Below are positions 26,270 to 28,949 of a DNA stretch of 28,949 nt, in pieces (positions within the stretch are counted from its first letter, which is position 1; the number at the start of each line of letters is the position of its first letter). The DNA comes from Tubiluchus corallicola. Lineage: Eukaryota; Animalia; Priapulida. The stretch spans positions 1-28,949 of the forward strand of contig JAQGDQ010001695.1 in assembly GCA_030141605.1 (NCBI GenBank). Reading direction: 5' to 3'. Position numbers and translations under genes: made by a program. The notes below the pieces were generated by a model. That model saw only the letters and a program-made list of their open reading frames with translations, did no database searches and had not been told where the DNA came from.

Positions 26270-26539
26270 AGTAGTGCGAGGTGAGTGTACGACCATACGG
26301 TCATTAACACGCTCACCTTACTTAAATGAAAAAGTGATTATAGTTATGCATGCTTCTGTAGATAACTAAATGTAAATAAGGATGAAGTAGATGATGTAAT
26401 AATTTGAGTAGTGCGAGGTGAGTGTACGACCATACGGTCATTAACACACTCACCTTACTTAAATGAAAAAATGATTATAGTTATGCATGCTTCTGTAGAT
26501 AACAATGTAAATAAGGATGAAGTAAATGATGTAATAATA
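26270..26539. repeat. 137-bp tandem duplication containing a stem-loop
   Basis: gtagtgcgaggtgagtgtacgaccatacggtcattaacac at 26271 and 26408. Confidence 0.92.
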
Positions 26540-26659
26540 GCAATGGTATAACAGCAATAAACCTGAAAGTTGAGAAAGGAAAATTTTTCCCTTTCGAGGG
26601 ACCGGTGAATGTCTTAAAATAGAAAATGACCATCTTGCACTCAGCATACAATTTTAAAA

Positions 26660-27034
26660 TCAACTTCCTTGACCAAATATTGATTTTCCATGACCAAGAT
26701 AAGCAGAAATTGCATTACCAGTATTTATATTCACACATTTTTGTGTATGGAGATTCATACATATACTGATATATAATGTGTCGACACAGTTGCAGTAGTG
26801 CTAACGAAATTACACTAATCACATTAAATAAACTTTCTTAATCCAATCATTATTTTTGGAATAGAAGTCAAAACTGGAAGCTTGCCATAGCAAAATTTTA
26901 TTTGAACACGAATCGCTGAAAAACATCCGTTCACTGTAATTATTTTTGCAACCCTTTCCAATTTCCCTGACCTTTCCACAACTTTTCAGGATAGCCTGTA
27001 TTTTCCAGGATTTTTTCTGACCATGGGAACCCTG
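26660..27034. mobile_element. One-ended hAT-like element remnant
   Basis: Repeated TTTCC(A/C)TGACC motifs and a terminal GGGAACCCTG; left TIR not found. Confidence 0.45.
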
Positions 27035-27359
27035 CTACAGGCCCGTTTTGTCTGATGTGGCGCTGCGTTTTCATGTTTTTCTCTCAGATGCTAATTGACG
27101 ATCCTATGATCTTCCATCATCTTATCAAAACTCGTTTAATTAAACTAATTAACATAAATCCGAGTAATAATTTATATTATGTTTTTGTAATTTGACTGAA
27201 ATGTAATAAATGTAGTAAATTTATTTCTCATCGTATTACGCACAAATTTCACAAGTTAGAAATTCCCTCAACACCTATCCAGAAATAGGAAACCCAACTT
27301 TGTTAAATAAAGAATCTGAGAAAAGTGTTCTCCCTCGGATGTATGTAAGTCTGATACGT

Positions 27360-27460
27360 TTAACGCCTAATAATACGCGTCGGGCAATGACGCGTCAGCT
27401 GCCACGTGACGTCACTTTGTGACGTATGAATGCCTTTACTAAGTCACAGCATTCAGCATA
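27360..27460 (+). promoter_or_regulatory. Compact CpG-rich promoter cassette, copy 1
   Basis: TGACGCGTCA, overlapping CACGTG (E-box) and TGACGTCA (CRE), further GACGT half-site; 30 nt upstream of ATG 27490. Confidence 0.6.
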
Positions 27461-27489
27461 GAGGAAGAAACAAGAAAGTAAAGGAAAAT

Positions 27490-27618
27490 ATGAATGTGGA
27501 AAGTTTTACAAGGTTGGCGTGGGAGGAGGAGGTTGTGTTTGGCAGAAGGAGGAGGTGTTGCGCAATAAGGTTTTTGAGATGGTTAAGAACGAAGTTTTCA
27601 AGAAGGAGAAATAGAGTA
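27490..27618 (+). CDS. Unknown Arg-rich, Cys-Cys protein, first exon, copy 1
   Basis: MNVESFTRLAWEEEVVFGRRRRCCAIRFLRWLRTKFSRRRNRV|gtaagt; synonymous changes and a codon-sized indel versus the paralogs support coding. Confidence 0.72.
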
Positions 27619-27769
27619 GTAAGTTTTGCTTTCGTCTTGTCTGTCTTTTCTTACCAGGTCAACAAACTTGTCAGAAGAGGATATAACAAATTCGTGTTTG
27701 ATCTTGTCCTATCCTGGTCTAGCTTATCTTCTACCTTAAATTAATTAACATTACACTAGCAATGGCAAT

Positions 27770-27869
27770 TAACGCCAAATAATACGCGTCGGGCAATGAC
27801 GCGTCAGCTGACACGTGACGTCACTTTGCGACGTATGAATGCCGTTACTAAGTCACAGCATTCAGCATA
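27770..27869 (+). promoter_or_regulatory. Promoter cassette, copy 2
   Basis: About 4 differences from copy 1; CRE and E-box retained. Confidence 0.6.
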
Positions 27870-27917
27870 CACAGTGGTAGAAAGTTAGAAGCGAGAAAGC
27901 AAAAAGTAAAGAAAAAA

Positions 27918-28049
27918 ATGAATGTAGAAAGTTTCGTGAGGATGGCTTGGGAAGAGGAGGTGGTGTTTGAAAGAAGGAAGAGAAGGTGTTGCGGAGGGCG
28001 GTTGGTAAGATGGATTAGAAAGAAGTTGACAAGAAGAAGGAATAGAGTA
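27918..28049 (+). CDS. Unknown Arg-rich, Cys-Cys protein, first exon, copy 2
   Basis: MNVESFVRMAWEEEVVFERRKRRCCGGRLVRWIRKKLTRRRNRV|gtaagt, phase 0. Confidence 0.75.
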
Positions 28050-28281
28050 GTAAGTTTTGCTTTCGTCTTGTCTGTCTTTTCTTACCAGGTCAACAAACTT
28101 ATCAGCAGAGGGTATAACAAATTCGTGTTTGATCTTGTCCTATCCTGGTCTAGCTTATCTTCTACCTTAAATTAATTAACATTACACTAGCAATGGCAAT
28201 TAAACCTCACAATTCAGCATTGTTATCTTTATCATTGGATTAATAATAATTTATTGTCAATTTTCTTGTCATTATTATTAA

Positions 28282-28540
28282 CTCTTAGTCGACCAAGGCG
28301 TTTTATATTACACTAAAGACCAAACGGAGTATTAATTTACCCCAGGCAGGTAATATCTGGTACTTGTGCTTTGTAAAAAATCACGAATGATACTTTTAAA
28401 CAAAACCAAGGTAGGGTTGCATAACAAATCGAAGAATATTTAGTCACTATTAGTTTGAAAATTTTTCGTTGAGGCATCAATATAAAAATGCGAGCAAATG
28501 CTCCTGGGGTAATTTTTACTCTACCTTGGTCGGCTATGGG
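28282..28540. mobile_element. piggyBac-like MITE, 259 bp
   Basis: TTAA at 28278-28281 and 28541-28544; TIRs CTCTTAGTCGACCAAGG / CCTTGGTCGGCTATGGG; internal IR TTACCCCAGG / CCTGGGGTAA. Confidence 0.85.
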
Positions 28541-28580
28541 TTAAGTCGTTTACAAACTTTCATTCGTACATTTTGATCAG

Positions 28581-28643
28581 GATGTGTGTTCGAGTTGTAG
28601 TTTGGTGTTGGAGAGGCAGGAAGATGATTATGAAAGGAAGGAA
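28581..28643 (+). CDS. Candidate second exon of the unknown protein
   Basis: ttttgatcag|DVCSSCSLVLERQEDDYERKE|gtgagt; 63 nt, phase 0/0, compatible with the upstream first exons. Confidence 0.55.
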
Positions 28644-28826
28644 GTGAGTAGTTCTTTCAGATTCATTTTTTAGATAAAAAACACCAAACTGTTCAGACAT
28701 TTGTTCATTTTGTTGCTGTCTTTGTTATCCAAAGCTGGGTCCTCGGTAAATCAAGTAATTCCCGTGACGTCTTTGTACGTCATTGCAGATGATTGTCAGT
28801 TTTATCAAGAAGTAACGGATAAAAAA

Positions 28827-28949
28827 ATGAATGTAGACAGTTTTGTAAAGATGGCATGGGACGAGGAAGTGGTATTTGTAGGTAGGAGAAGAAGATGTTG
28901 TTGCGAAAGGTTTTTAAGATGGATTAGAAAGAAGATCACCAGGAGAAGA
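28827..28949 (+). CDS. Unknown Arg-rich, Cys-Cys protein, first exon, copy 3 (cut by the window edge)
   Basis: MNVDSFVKMAWDEEVVFVGRRRRCCCERFLRWIRKKITRRR; preceded by TGACGT/ACGTCA half-sites and TCAGTT. Confidence 0.75.
   Translation, partial: MNVDSFVKMAWDEEVVFVGRRRRCCCERFLRWIRKKITRRR

Noticed and set aside
27619-27744. ORF read-through VSFAFVLSVFSYQVNK..., or a 39-nt micro-intron ending ttaccag (also 28050-28175)
   Set aside because: Begins with a perfect GTAAGT donor and is pyrimidine-rich, so it reads as intron; 39 nt is very short for most animals. Not fully excluded without cDNA.

Overview
AT-rich animal (probably invertebrate) nuclear DNA, not prokaryotic. The minus strand carries exons 1-7 of the pyruvate dehydrogenase E1 beta gene (PDHB; ATG at 18822, 3' exons lie beyond the left edge). 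The plus strand carries a complete COX6C coding sequence (22781-22932 + 23655-23727), head-to-head with PDHB. Introns are inflated by several unrelated minisatellites, MITEs (Kolobok/T2-like, hAT, piggyBac-like), a 3.9 kb foldback-type CAC...GTG element and a probable LTR remnant. The long ORFs in the track are repeat artefacts. The right end holds three tandem copies of an unidentified Arg-rich, Cys-Cys-containing first exon. The most unusual points are four. (1) A minisatellite is built from the PDHB exon 4 end plus its 5' splice site, giving about 37 tandem donors. (2) Two tandem copies have about 3% diverged promoter and intron but about 21% diverged exon. (3) The COX6C start exon is bracketed by complementary CT/GA repeats carrying CACTAAC. 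(4) A 13-copy array carries CTCF-like motifs. All coordinates and counts were made by eye, and no databases were searched.
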